A stretch of 64,000 nt of DNA. Source: Myxococcota bacterium. Lineage in GTDB: Bacteria; Myxococcota_A; UBA9160; SMWR01. Below, in pieces: positions 44,225 through 53,672 of this stretch. Location of the stretch: contig DATBRV010000009.1 of the NCBI GenBank assembly GCA_036560145.1, positions 16,189 through 80,188 of the forward strand, read 5' to 3'. How positions within the stretch are numbered: position 1 is the first letter of the stretch; each line of letters begins with the position of its first letter. The notes under the pieces were generated by a model. It was not told the origin of the DNA. It worked only from the letters and a program-made list of their open reading frames with translations, and did not search any database. Both the position numbers and the translations under genes were made by a program.

Positions 44225-45796
44225 ATGTTCGATCGGCCCCGCAACACCGCGTTCGCGTGCCTGCTCTTCGCCGCCGTCGCCGGATACTTCGTGGTCGGCC
44301 ACTACTTCTACAAGGTCCCGATCGGTCTCGACGAGAGCGCCTTCCTGTTCGGGGCGCCGCTCCAGAGGTTCGCGGTGTGGCTGGCCCCGAATCTCCACAA
44401 CGCCGCGTCGGGCGGCATCCTGCTCGGGCTCTGGCTGATCGCGATCGCAGCCATCGCGTTCCTCGCGATGCGCCGCTCGGTGCGCGCCCGGGCCGCCCGG
44501 GTCGACCCGGACCGGCGGAAGTTCCTGACCGGCGCCGGCTCGGGCGCGGGCATCGCGCTCGGCTCGCTGGTGGTCGCGGGCGGAGCCGGCGCGGCGCGCG
44601 GCCTGTTCGGCGTCGGGCTCGGACACGGCGGCTGGAGCGGCGTGAGCTCGAACATCGCGAGCGGCGAAGGGATCGTGACCACGAACCCCGATTGGAAGCA
44701 GGAATGGAAGAACGCGCGGGTGAAGGGGTACCGCCGGCTCGGGCGCACCGGCTGGAACGTGTCGGACATCGTGCTCGGCACCGGAAAGATCGAGGGGAAG
44801 GACGGCGAGCAGATCGCGCGCCTCGCGATCGAGCGCGGCGTCAACTACTTCGACACCTCGCCGGACTACTCGGGCAGCGGCAGCGAGCAGGCCATGGGCC
44901 GCGCGATCCGCGGGGTGCGCGACAAGCTCTTCATCGCCACCAAGTTCTGCACGCCGATCGGACACCTGCCGCCGGGAACGCCGGTCGCGAAGTACATGGA
45001 AGCGGTCGAGGGCAGCCTCGGTCGCCTCGGCACGGATTACGTCGACCTCTGTCACGTGCATTCCTGCGACGAGGTCGAGCGCTTGATGGACGAGAACGTC
45101 CACGAGGCCTTCGACCGCCTCGAGCAGCAGGGCAAGGTGCGCTTTCTCGGCTTCTCGACGCATACGCCGAACCTGGTGGAGGTGGCGAACACCGGGATCG
45201 CCTCGGGCCGCTTCGACGTGATGATGCTCGCCTACCACCACGGGCTGTGGGCGCCGCTGCCCGAGATCATGCGGCGCGCGCGCAGCGAGCAGGACATGGG
45301 CGTGGTCGCGATGAAGACGTTGAAGGGCGCCAAGCACGACGGACTGGCCGGCTTCCGCGACGAGGCCGGCGCGTATTCCCAGGCGGCGCTCAAGTGGGTG
45401 CTCTCGAATCCGGACGTCTCCTGCGCCGTGATCTCGTTCTTCCAGCTCCAGCACGTGGACGAGTATCTGTTCGCTTCCGGGCAGAAGCCGACGGCCGCCG
45501 ACGTCGCGGTCCTCGAGAAGTACGACGAGCTGATCCGGGGCACGCACTGCGCGCCGCACTGCGGCGTCTGCCTGGACAGCTGCCCCGAGCAGCTGCCGAT
45601 CCACGACGTGCTCCGCCACCGCATGTACTTCGAGGATTACGGCTGGGAGAAGGAAGGCATGCGGCTCTACTCGAAGCTCGGCAAGAACGCCTCGGTGTGC
45701 GCTTCGTGCAGCGCCCCCTGCCTGGGGAGCTGTCCGCTCGAGATCCGGATCCAGGAGCGGATGAGCGAAGCGCACGAGCTGCTCACGCTGTCGTGA
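44225..45796 (+). CDS. Aldo/keto reductase with a Tat-like motif and a C-terminal Cys-rich (Fe-S-like) region
   Basis: Contains the AKR blocks GVNYFDTSPDYSGSGSEQAMG and DYVDLCHVHS, the C-terminal CAPHCGVCLDSCP...CASCSAPCLGSCP, and DRRKFLTGAG at residues 95-104. An alternative start lies at 44468 (MRRSVRARAARVDPDRRKFL). Confidence 0.75.
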   Translation: MFDRPRNTAFACLLFAAVAGYFVVGHYFYKVPIGLDESAFLFGAPLQRFAVWLAPNLHNAASGGILLGLWLIAIAAIAFLAMRRSVRARAARVDPDRRKFLTGAGSGAGIALGSLVVAGGAGAARGLFGVGLGHGGWSGVSSNIASGEGIVTTNPDWKQEWKNARVKGYRRLGRTGWNVSDIVLGTGKIEGKDGEQIARLAIERGVNYFDTSPDYSGSGSEQAMGRAIRGVRDKLFIATKFCTPIGHLPPGTPVAKYMEAVEGSLGRLGTDYVDLCHVHSCDEVERLMDENVHEAFDRLEQQGKVRFLGFSTHTPNLVEVANTGIASGRFDVMMLAYHHGLWAPLPEIMRRARSEQDMGVVAMKTLKGAKHDGLAGFRDEAGAYSQAALKWVLSNPDVSCAVISFFQLQHVDEYLFASGQKPTAADVAVLEKYDELIRGTHCAPHCGVCLDSCPEQLPIHDVLRHRMYFEDYGWEKEGMRLYSKLGKNASVCASCSAPCLGSCPLEIRIQERMSEAHELLTLS

Positions 45797-45844
45797 TCGC
45801 GGGCTGATCCCGACCCGGATCGCATGCCCTGCGGAGGAACCCCG

Positions 45845-47353
45845 ATGCGAACGCCCTGGCTCCCGCTGTCGCTGCTCCTGCTCGCCCTCGCGGGCCCCGC
45901 CGCCGCGCAGACCGGAAGCGCGGCCGCTCCGCCCGCCGAGGGCGGCTCCTCTGCGCCGCCCTGGGCGCTGCCGCCGCCGAGCGCGTGCAGCCCGCCCGGC
46001 GGGCTCGCCGGCTGGCCCCCCGGAGAGGACGCCGCCGGCGTGCCGTTCCAGGCGGGCGACAGCTTCCAGCTCTCGCAGCTCGAGACGCTCCGGAACTTCG
46101 TGCCGCCCGAGCTGTGGAGCTACCGCGAGCGCTTCTTCCACGAAGGCATGCGGCTCGAGATCGGCGCCTGCTTCGCCGACTACGGCCCGCCCGAGTTCTA
46201 CCGCGCCGCCACCGAGACCTTTCGGGGGCGCACGCGGCTGCTTCCGAACGGCGGCATCGAGAACTACACCGCCGGGCAGCCCTTCCCGATGCTCGAGATC
46301 TCCCCGGACGATCCCCTGGCGGGGCTCAAGTGGGCGTGGAACTCCGAGCTCCGCTACCAGGGCGCGGGTTTCTGGACTCCGTTCCGCACCGTCGACATGG
46401 TCGGACGCGACGGCAAGGGCGAGCCGTTCGAGGGCGAGACGTTCAAGGCGCAGCTCTCCTTCCGCGCCGACCGCGCGAACGACGGCTACACCACACCGGG
46501 TGCGCGCGGGAACCACTGGGTGTCCGGCGGGAAGCTCCTCGAGCCGACCGACGCGCGCGAGCACGCCTGGCGGCAGTACCGCAATCTCGATCACCTGAAG
46601 GAGCCCGGGCGCAGCGACGATCTGCACGCCTACCTCCCGAACTATCGCCGCGTCCGGCGCGTGAGCGGGGTGGACGTCGAAGGCGTCTACATGCCCTCGT
46701 TCAGCGTGGGCGTCGTCAAGCCGGGCGTGATCGCCGGGCTGGGCGGGGGCCTCGACGGCGGCGCCGCGGGCGGCGCGGCGTCCGGCGCGGCGGCGACCAG
46801 CATCACCACCAAGCGCAGCGGCTTCGAGGTGCTGGAGACGCGGCCGCTGCTCTACGAATACCGCGTCGCCGGCGCCCGCGACGTGCTCACCCCGATCAAC
46901 GCCTCGCGCCCCAGCTACCCGGAGGTGAAGGACCGGGACTTCGGGCCGTGGGGGCTCTCGTTCGCGACCGACCGCTGGGACCTGCGCCGCGCGGTCGTGA
47001 TCGAAGGCCGTTACAAGGGGCACACCGGCGGCACCCAGGTGGCCCGCTTCGTGCTCTACATCGACGCCCAGACGGCGATGCCGCTCTACTACATGTCCTT
47101 CGATTCGCGCGACGAGCGGATCGACGTGGGGATGTTCGTCGGCCGCTGGAGCGAGGACCGCAGCGACTATCGCCGCTGGCCCGGGGATCCCAAGCTCCCC
47201 GTGCGCGTGATCGATTCGGTGGGAGAATCCTTCGCGAACATCGCCGAGGACGGCGGCTGGCGCCGCGAATCGTGGACCAGCATGTCGACACCGCCCGACG
47301 ACAAGACGCTCCAGCGGGAGCTGTCGGTCAACAACCTCGGCAAGGGACACTGA
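45845..47353 (+). CDS. DUF1329 domain protein (LolA-like fold), secreted
   Basis: Translation from the ATG at 45845 gives a signal peptide. TAGQPFP, LKWAWN and YRRVRRVSG are typical of DUF1329. Confidence 0.7.
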   Translation: MRTPWLPLSLLLLALAGPAAAQTGSAAAPPAEGGSSAPPWALPPPSACSPPGGLAGWPPGEDAAGVPFQAGDSFQLSQLETLRNFVPPELWSYRERFFHEGMRLEIGACFADYGPPEFYRAATETFRGRTRLLPNGGIENYTAGQPFPMLEISPDDPLAGLKWAWNSELRYQGAGFWTPFRTVDMVGRDGKGEPFEGETFKAQLSFRADRANDGYTTPGARGNHWVSGGKLLEPTDAREHAWRQYRNLDHLKEPGRSDDLHAYLPNYRRVRRVSGVDVEGVYMPSFSVGVVKPGVIAGLGGGLDGGAAGGAASGAAATSITTKRSGFEVLETRPLLYEYRVAGARDVLTPINASRPSYPEVKDRDFGPWGLSFATDRWDLRRAVVIEGRYKGHTGGTQVARFVLYIDAQTAMPLYYMSFDSRDERIDVGMFVGRWSEDRSDYRRWPGDPKLPVRVIDSVGESFANIAEDGGWRRESWTSMSTPPDDKTLQRELSVNNLGKGH

Positions 47354-47363
47354 GCCTCGCCGC

Positions 47364-48203
47364 TCACGCGCTCGAGATCAGCGCCTCCTGCGCCGTCGAG
47401 GCGATCAGCCGTCCGTCGCGCGTGTAGATACGGCCGCGGGAGAGGCCGCGCCCGGCGTGCGCCACCTCGCTGCTCATCTCGAGCAGCCACCAATCGTCCC
47501 AGCGCGCGGGCTGGTGGACCCAGAGCGAAAGGTCGAGGGTCTGGAAGCGATCGACCGCGAACCCGCGTCCGACGCGCCGCTCGAAGGGCCAGTGCGAGTA
47601 GAAGTCCGCCAGGAAGACCAGCGCCGCCATCTGGAGGCGTGGATCGTCGCCCAGCGGCGCGCGCGGAAGCACCCACTCGACGTGCGGGCCCGAGGTGTCC
47701 CCGGTCGGATCCGGCCAGATGCGGGGACGCGCCCTCCGGAACTCGATCGGCCCCCGCGCGTAGTCGGCCCAGCCCTCGGCCCGCGCCTGCTCGAGCGTGC
47801 TGGGCAGGGCCTCGGGCGGCGGTAGCTCGGCCGTCGGCTGCGCGTCCTGGTAGGCGAGGCCCTTCTCCGGCGGGGCGAAGCTCGCCACCACCTGGCAGAG
47901 CAGCAGGCCGTCGCCCTCGATCCGCACCTGCCTGCGCGCCCCGCTCGCGTCGTCGGCGAGCGGCTCGACGCGCAGCGCGAGGCGGCGTCCCGGCGGGGCC
48001 GGGCGCAGGAAGCCCGCGTGCAGCGAGCGGAGCGCGAGCCTCTCGCAGCTGGAGGCCGCCGCGAGCGCGGCGCGCGCCAGCAGGTCGCCGCCCAGCACGG
48101 AGCCCCAGAAGCTCTCGCAGCAGGCGGAGAATTCACCCTCGCGCACGCGCTCGACGCGAAGCATCTCGGCCAGGTTCTCGCGCGGGCTGGCAGCGCCGCT
48201 CAT
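47364..48203 (-). CDS. Acyl-CoA thioesterase II (TesB-like)
   Basis: A double hot-dog protein, collinear with the remembered E. coli TesB (SLHAGFLRP...LDLSLWVHQP...GRIYTRDGRLIASTAQE). Confidence 0.8.
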   Translation of the reverse strand: MSGAASPRENLAEMLRVERVREGEFSACCESFWGSVLGGDLLARAALAAASSCERLALRSLHAGFLRPAPPGRRLALRVEPLADDASGARRQVRIEGDGLLLCQVVASFAPPEKGLAYQDAQPTAELPPPEALPSTLEQARAEGWADYARGPIEFRRARPRIWPDPTGDTSGPHVEWVLPRAPLGDDPRLQMAALVFLADFYSHWPFERRVGRGFAVDRFQTLDLSLWVHQPARWDDWWLLEMSSEVAHAGRGLSRGRIYTRDGRLIASTAQEALISSA

Positions 48204-48349
48204 GCTCCGCCCTCCGGATTCCCCCCGGATCCAAGACGTCCGACCGCCCCCGCAGGATACGTTTCGCGTCTCGCCACCGCCCGGCTGCGGGCGTTGTAGA
48301 CTCGGGCCTCACCCCGGTGAGAAGCGAGCTGAGTTCTCCGAGGCAGGGC

Positions 48350-49501
48350 ATGAACGCGGTGATCGACTCCGATCAACATCTGTTCGAGTACCGCGGCCTC
48401 TGGGAGGAGCAGATCGACCCGGCCCGGCGCGGGGACGCGATCCGCTTCGTCGACGATTCCCTCGGCCACGTGCGCGTGGTCTGGCGCGACAAGCTGCTGG
48501 CAGTCGCCGACGTGCAGATGCCGGGCGAGACCGATGCGATCGGCGAGCGGCGGCGGCGCGAGCGCTCCGGCGCTCCCCCGCTCGCGCGCTACGACGAGAT
48601 CCTGCCGCGGGACTACTGGGACCCGGCCGCGCGCCGCGATCGGCTCGCGACGCTCGGGGTCGACGAGGCGATCTGCTTCCCGAACTACGGGCTCGTCTGG
48701 GAGCGCGCGCTGCAAGGCGACCTGCCCGCCCTCACGGCCAACATGGCGGCCTGGAATCGCTGGTGCGAGACGGTGGCCGTCGAGGGCCGCGGGCGGCTGC
48801 ACCCCGTGGCCCACCTCACGCTGCGCGATCTCGGCTGGCTCGAGGCACAGCTCGCGCGGCTCTCGGCGGCCGGCGTGCGCACGGCGATGATCGCGCCGGC
48901 GCTGGTGGACGGGAAGCCGCTCTCGCACCCCGCGCTCGAGCCCGCCTGGGCGGCCTTCGCGCACCACGGGATCTCGCCCGTCTTCCACGTCGCCGATCAG
49001 CCCAAGGTCTTCGACGACGCCTGGTACACCGACCGCGCGGACCTCGGTGTATTCGCGATCGACAGCGTGCTGCTCTACGTGCCCGCGGCGCTCGCCTGCA
49101 CCGACCTGATCCTGAACGGCGTGCTCGCGCGCCACCCCGATCTGCGGCTCGGCATCGTGGAGCTCTCCGCCGTCTGGGTGCCGCTCTTCCTGATGATGCT
49201 CGACGGGGGCAGCCGGTTCGTCCAAAGGCTCAACGGGCGCGAGCCGGGGCTCGAGCTGCGGCCGAGCGAGTACTTCAAGCGCCAGGTGCGCGTCTCGTCC
49301 TTCGCCTACGAGCTTCCCGCGAAGATCCAACGCCAGCTCGGGGGCGCCGAGCTGCTGATGTGTTGCAGCGATTACCCCCACTCGGAGGGCACGGCGCGTC
49401 CGCTCGAGGACTACGCCGCTCCGGGCAAGCTCGCGCTGCGCCCGGCCGGCGCGCCGGGCTTGTTTCACGACAATGCAGCCTTCCTGCTGCGGAAGGGCTG
49501 A
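48350..49501 (+). CDS. Amidohydrolase family protein (amidohydrolase_2-like)
   Basis: Translation from the ATG at 48350. Begins MNAVIDSDQHLFE and ends with CCSDYPHSEG. Confidence 0.75.
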   Translation: MNAVIDSDQHLFEYRGLWEEQIDPARRGDAIRFVDDSLGHVRVVWRDKLLAVADVQMPGETDAIGERRRRERSGAPPLARYDEILPRDYWDPAARRDRLATLGVDEAICFPNYGLVWERALQGDLPALTANMAAWNRWCETVAVEGRGRLHPVAHLTLRDLGWLEAQLARLSAAGVRTAMIAPALVDGKPLSHPALEPAWAAFAHHGISPVFHVADQPKVFDDAWYTDRADLGVFAIDSVLLYVPAALACTDLILNGVLARHPDLRLGIVELSAVWVPLFLMMLDGGSRFVQRLNGREPGLELRPSEYFKRQVRVSSFAYELPAKIQRQLGGAELLMCCSDYPHSEGTARPLEDYAAPGKLALRPAGAPGLFHDNAAFLLRKG

Positions 49502-49504
49502 CCT

Positions 49505-50443
49505 TTGCCTCGACCGCCCCGTTTCCCGGATTTCTTCGTGGTCGGCGCCCCGCGCTGCGGCACCACCGCGTTCTGCAAGTACCTCGCCCGCAACCCCCAG
49601 GTCTGCTTCTCGAAGCCCAAAGAGCCGCACTACTTCACGAGGCTCGACCGGGATCCGTCCGAGGCCGAGCTGAAGCGGGACTATCTTGAACGCTGCTTCT
49701 GGCACCACGACGACGCGCACCGGGCCGTGGGGGAGGGATCCGTCTCGTATCTCTACCTGCCCGAGGTGATCGAGCGGATCCGGCGCATCCATCCGGAGGC
49801 GCGCTTCATCGCGCTGGTTCGCAACCCGCTCCAGATGTTGCCATCGTATCACCTGAAGATGTTGTACCTGCTCCAGGAGGACGAGCCGGATCTCGCGAAG
49901 GCGTGGGCGCTACAGCCCGTACGCGCGCGCGGAAGCCGGGTCCCGAAGCTCTGCCTGGATCCCCGGCTGCTGATGTACGGAGAGGTCGCGAAGCTCGGCG
50001 CGCAGGTGCAGCGGCTCTACGACGTCGCGGGGCGGGCGCGCTCGCACGTGGTGGTCTTCGACGACCTCGTGAGCGACCCGCTCGGCGTCTACCGGCGCGC
50101 GCTCGAGTTCATCGGAGTCGACTACGACGGCCAGACCGTGTTCGAGCCGAAGTACGCGAGCCGCATCTATCGCCATCGCTGGCTCCAGCGGATGCTCTAC
50201 GTGCCCGCGACGAAGGGCGGCAAGGTGGTCGACACGCTCCAGCGACGGACGCGCCAGTACAACCCGGATGGCACGCGCCGGAAGAGCTGGATCAAGCGGC
50301 TCGCCTCCTGGAACAAGATCCCGGCGTCGCCGGCGCCGCTCACGCCGCAGATGCGGGTCGTCGTGCGCGATGCGCTGATGCCGGACGTCGAACATCTGTC
50401 GAAGCTGCTGGACCGGGATCTTCGCCACTGGCTGGCAGGTTGA
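49505..50443 (+). CDS. Sulfotransferase family protein
   Basis: TTG start. Contains the PAPS-binding loop FFVVGAPRCGTTAF and KEPHYF. Confidence 0.8.
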   Translation: MPRPPRFPDFFVVGAPRCGTTAFCKYLARNPQVCFSKPKEPHYFTRLDRDPSEAELKRDYLERCFWHHDDAHRAVGEGSVSYLYLPEVIERIRRIHPEARFIALVRNPLQMLPSYHLKMLYLLQEDEPDLAKAWALQPVRARGSRVPKLCLDPRLLMYGEVAKLGAQVQRLYDVAGRARSHVVVFDDLVSDPLGVYRRALEFIGVDYDGQTVFEPKYASRIYRHRWLQRMLYVPATKGGKVVDTLQRRTRQYNPDGTRRKSWIKRLASWNKIPASPAPLTPQMRVVVRDALMPDVEHLSKLLDRDLRHWLAG

Positions 50444-50451
50444 GGATCGAA

Positions 50452-51321
50452 ATGCAGATCGCATTCCTGGTGGGATCGCTGCTGCTCCTCGGCGTCTTCG
50501 CCTGGCTGGTCAAGCGACGGCTGGATGCGCTGCCGACCAAGGCCAAGAAGCAGCTCCTCAAGCGGAAGCTGAACGGCGTCTTCGTCTACTGCGAGGATCG
50601 CGGCTGGATCCCGCGCAATCCGGCCTTCCAACGGGACTACCTGGGCGATTTTCCCGCGCTCGCGAAGCTCGAGGCCGGATATCCGGCGGTCCGCTCGGAA
50701 TGCCTCGCGCTCCTCGAGCACAAGGAGCGGCTCACGAACGCCTCGGCGCTCGGCGGGAGCTTCACCACCGCCGGCATCCACACGATCAGCTGGAAGACCT
50801 TCGTCTTCAAATCCGGCGACTTCATCGAGGAGAACTGCGCGCGCTGTCCGCGCACGGCCGCTCTGCTGCGCGAGATCCCCGGCCTCTACACCGCCTTCTT
50901 CTCGGTGCTCGAGCCGCGCCAGGTGATCGCGCCGCACTGGGGCTACTACAAGGGCATCCTCCGCTATCACCTGGGCGTCTTGATCCCGAACGACAACGCC
51001 GACGAGGCGTGCTGGCTGCGGGTCCACGCCGACCCCTACGACAACGCGCTGGAACGCGACAAGAAGAACAAGCAGCGCGACACCAGCTCGATCGTGAAGG
51101 GGGAGATCTATCACTGGCACGACGGGGAGGGGATCGTCTTCGACGACAACTACCTGCACGACGCCGGGAACAACTCGGACCAGGTGCGCGTGGTGCTCTG
51201 GCTGGACCTGAAGCGCCCGCTGCCGCTCCCCCTGGATCTCTTCAACCGCCTGGTGGGCTGGGTCGCCAGCCGGGACGCGTCGATGCGGAAGATCCGCAGC
51301 AACGTGATCGTGCACGACTAG
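50452..51321 (+). CDS. Aspartyl/asparaginyl beta-hydroxylase family protein (LpxO/OlsC-like), membrane-anchored
   Basis: Translation from the ATG at 50452. Has an N-terminal TM helix, then IAPHWGYYKGILRYHLGVLIP and FDDNYLHDAGN. Confidence 0.8.
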   Translation: MQIAFLVGSLLLLGVFAWLVKRRLDALPTKAKKQLLKRKLNGVFVYCEDRGWIPRNPAFQRDYLGDFPALAKLEAGYPAVRSECLALLEHKERLTNASALGGSFTTAGIHTISWKTFVFKSGDFIEENCARCPRTAALLREIPGLYTAFFSVLEPRQVIAPHWGYYKGILRYHLGVLIPNDNADEACWLRVHADPYDNALERDKKNKQRDTSSIVKGEIYHWHDGEGIVFDDNYLHDAGNNSDQVRVVLWLDLKRPLPLPLDLFNRLVGWVASRDASMRKIRSNVIVHD

Positions 51322-51327
51322 CCGGTT

Positions 51328-51384
51328 GGCAGGATCCGAGGGATCAATGTCATTGCAGACAGATCCCGCGCTTGCCATCCTGCC
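51328..51384 (+). terminator. Long interrupted hairpin between the hydroxylase gene and the glxA-type regulator (terminator or operator)
   Basis: GGCAGGAT...GGGATC-loop-GATCCC...ATCCTGCC. It ends 3 nt before the ATG at 51388. Confidence 0.4.
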
Positions 51385-51387
51385 GGC

Positions 51388-52425
51388 ATGGCACGTGCGA
51401 AAGCGACCCAGCGAGAGGCGCGGGAGCCCCGGCGGGTGGCGCTGCTGGCCTTCCCGGAGGCCCAGAGCCTCGACGTGATCGGGCCGCTCGAGGTCTTCTC
51501 GAGCGCGACCCGCCTGCTGCTCCGCGGCGCCGATCCCCGCGCGCCCGGCTACCGGATCGAGCTGCTCTCCTCGTCCGGAGAGGGCCCCGTGCGGATGTCC
51601 TGCGGGGTGCCGCTCTTCGCGCAGGGGCTGCCGCCGCGCTCGGCGCCGGCGCCCGACACGCTGATCGTCGCCGGCGGCGAAGGCACCCGCGCGGCGCTGG
51701 CGGACCCGGCGCTGATCGCGTGGCTGCGCGCGACCGCGCCCCGCGTGCGCCGTCTCGCCAGCGTCTGCACGGGCGCCTTCCTGCTGGCGGAGGCCGGCCT
51801 GCTCGACGGGCGCCGTGCGACCACGCATTGGTCGGCCTGCGAGGCGCTCGCGCGCCGGCATCCGCGGGTCCGCGTCGACCCGGATCCGATCTTCGTGCGC
51901 GACGGCGCCGTCTATACGTCCGCGGGTGTCACATCCGGGATGGACCTCGCTCTGGCGCTGGTCGAGGAGGACCACGGACGCGAGCTGGCGCTCTCCGTGG
52001 CGCGCTGGCTGGTGCTGTTCCTGAAGCGCCCCGGCGGCCAGTCGCAGTTCAGCGCGCAGCTCTCCTCCCAGCTGGCTTCGCGCCAGCCGATCCAGGAGCT
52101 TCAGGCCTGGATCGTCGAGAACGTGCACGCCGACCTCTCGGTGGACGCGCTGGCGGCGCGCGCCGGCATGAGCCCGCGAAACTTCGCCCGCGTGTTCACG
52201 CGCGAGGTAGGGGCGACGCCCGCGCTCTTCGTCGAGATCGCGCGCGTGGAAGCCGCGCGGCGCCGGCTCGAAGAAGAGGGCGGACGCGGGATCGAGGCGG
52301 TCGCCGCCGATTGCGGCTTCGGGAGCGCCGAGACCATGCGGCGCGCGTTCCTGCGGCGGGTGCGGGTCAGCCCCTCGGACTACCGCACCCGATTCCAGGC
52401 AAGCGGAGCGCGCAGCGAGCCGTAG
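51388..52425 (+). CDS. GlxA family transcriptional regulator (DJ-1/PfpI domain + AraC HTH)
   Basis: Contains SVCTGAFLLAEAGLLDGRRATTHW, and the C-terminal AraC HTH (SPRNFARVFTRE...GFGSAETMRRAF). The last 10 or so codons and the TAG stop lie inside the repeat array. Confidence 0.85.
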   Translation: MARAKATQREAREPRRVALLAFPEAQSLDVIGPLEVFSSATRLLLRGADPRAPGYRIELLSSSGEGPVRMSCGVPLFAQGLPPRSAPAPDTLIVAGGEGTRAALADPALIAWLRATAPRVRRLASVCTGAFLLAEAGLLDGRRATTHWSACEALARRHPRVRVDPDPIFVRDGAVYTSAGVTSGMDLALALVEEDHGRELALSVARWLVLFLKRPGGQSQFSAQLSSQLASRQPIQELQAWIVENVHADLSVDALAARAGMSPRNFARVFTREVGATPALFVEIARVEAARRRLEEEGGRGIEAVAADCGFGSAETMRRAFLRRVRVSPSDYRTRFQASGARSEP

Positions 52426-52536
52426 GCGAGCGGAGTTCATTCAGGCAAGCGGAGCGCGCAGCGAGCCGTAGGCGAGCGGAGTTCATTCAGGCCTGCGGAG
52501 CGCGCAGCGAGCCGTAGGCGAGCGGAGTTCACTCAG
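52397..52536 (-). repeat. Tandem array (3 copies, 46-bp period) of the dispersed repeat, inverted orientation
   Basis: GC(A/C)(A/T)GCGGAGCGCGCAGCGAGCCGTAGGCGAGCGGAGTTCA(T/C)TCAG begins at 52399, 52445 and 52491. Confidence 0.9.
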
Positions 52537-52556
52537 GCTGAGCAGGAGGAATTTCG

Positions 52557-53153
52557 ATGGGCATCACGACCGGAATCCTGTTGTTCGAAGACGCCGAGGA
52601 GCTCGACTTCGCGGGCCCCTGGGAGGTGTTCACGCTGGCCGCGCGCAAGGAGCAGGGCGACCGGGTGGTGACGATCGCGCCCATGCCGGGGCCCGTGCGC
52701 TGCGCGAAGGGGCTGCGCGTGATCCCCGATCACGGCTTCGAGGGCGCGCCCGCGCTGGACGTCCTGCTGGTGCCCGGAGGCCAGGGCACGCGCCGGGAGG
52801 TCTCGAACCCGGTCGTGATCGACTGGCTGCGCAAGACGGCTGCGCGCTGCCGTTTCGTGACCAGCGTCTGCACCGGCTCGCTGCTGGTGGCCGGCGCCGG
52901 CCTCGCCGTGGGCAAGCGCATCACCACGCACTGGGCGTTTGTCGAGACGCTTCGCCAGCGGGGCGACGGCGCCACCGTGGTGGACGGCGTGCGCTACGTG
53001 CGCGACGGCAACCTGGTGACGGCCGCGGGCGTCTCCGCCGGCATCGACATGTCGCTCTGGCTGGTGGGCCAGCTCTACGACGTGGCGCACGCGCGCAACG
53101 TGCAGCGGCTGATGCAATACGATCCGGCGCCCCCCTACGCCGCGGACGTCTGA
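52557..53153 (+). CDS. DJ-1/PfpI family protein
   Basis: An AGGAGGA SD precedes the start. Contains SVCTGSLLVAGAGLAVGKRITTHW. Confidence 0.85.
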   Translation: MGITTGILLFEDAEELDFAGPWEVFTLAARKEQGDRVVTIAPMPGPVRCAKGLRVIPDHGFEGAPALDVLLVPGGQGTRREVSNPVVIDWLRKTAARCRFVTSVCTGSLLVAGAGLAVGKRITTHWAFVETLRQRGDGATVVDGVRYVRDGNLVTAAGVSAGIDMSLWLVGQLYDVAHARNVQRLMQYDPAPPYAADV

Positions 53154-53172
53154 AGCAGGGCGGCCGGGGTCT

Positions 53173-53664
53173 TCATCCGCGCGCGCGCACCCGCTTCGCC
53201 AGCTCCCGCCAGAGCTCCGGGTCCCAGGCGCCGTTCGCGGCGCCGCTCGTCGAGGGGGCCGCGAAGATGCGCGTCGCGCCGATCCGCTCGGCCTGGAGGC
53301 CGGGCTCGATGGCGCGGCGCCCGAGGAATTCGCCGGCGGCGCGCTTGCCGTTGAAGCAGAGGACGCCCGGCTGCAGGCGCGCGATCTTGCGCTCGAGCTC
53401 GCGCCGGCCCGCGCTCCGGAAGTCGATCTCGGCGTCGCCCCCCGACTGGTGCTTGACGAGATCCGTGAGGCCGATCTCGAAGGCGAGCAGCTGCCGGTAC
53501 TCGGAGGGCGCGAGCCGCCGCGGCGTGAGCCCGGTCTCCGCGAGGATCCGCCAGAACTTGTTGCCGGGGCCCGCGTAGTACTGCCGCAGCTGGGCCGAGC
53601 GCGTTCCCGCCGCCGACCCGCAGAAGACGACCGCGAGGCCCGGCGCGAGCAGGTCGTCGAGCAC
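53173..53664 (-). CDS. mug: G/U mismatch-specific uracil-DNA glycosylase (Mug, UDG family 2)
   Basis: The GTG start at 53662-53664 gives VLDDLLAPGLAVVFCG...GNKFW...GLTDLV, collinear with the remembered E. coli Mug. The product is 163 aa. Confidence 0.75.
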   Translation of the reverse strand: MLDDLLAPGLAVVFCGSAAGTRSAQLRQYYAGPGNKFWRILAETGLTPRRLAPSEYRQLLAFEIGLTDLVKHQSGGDAEIDFRSAGRRELERKIARLQPGVLCFNGKRAAGEFLGRRAIEPGLQAERIGATRIFAAPSTSGAANGAWDPELWRELAKRVRARG

Positions 53665-53672
53665 GGGCGCGG

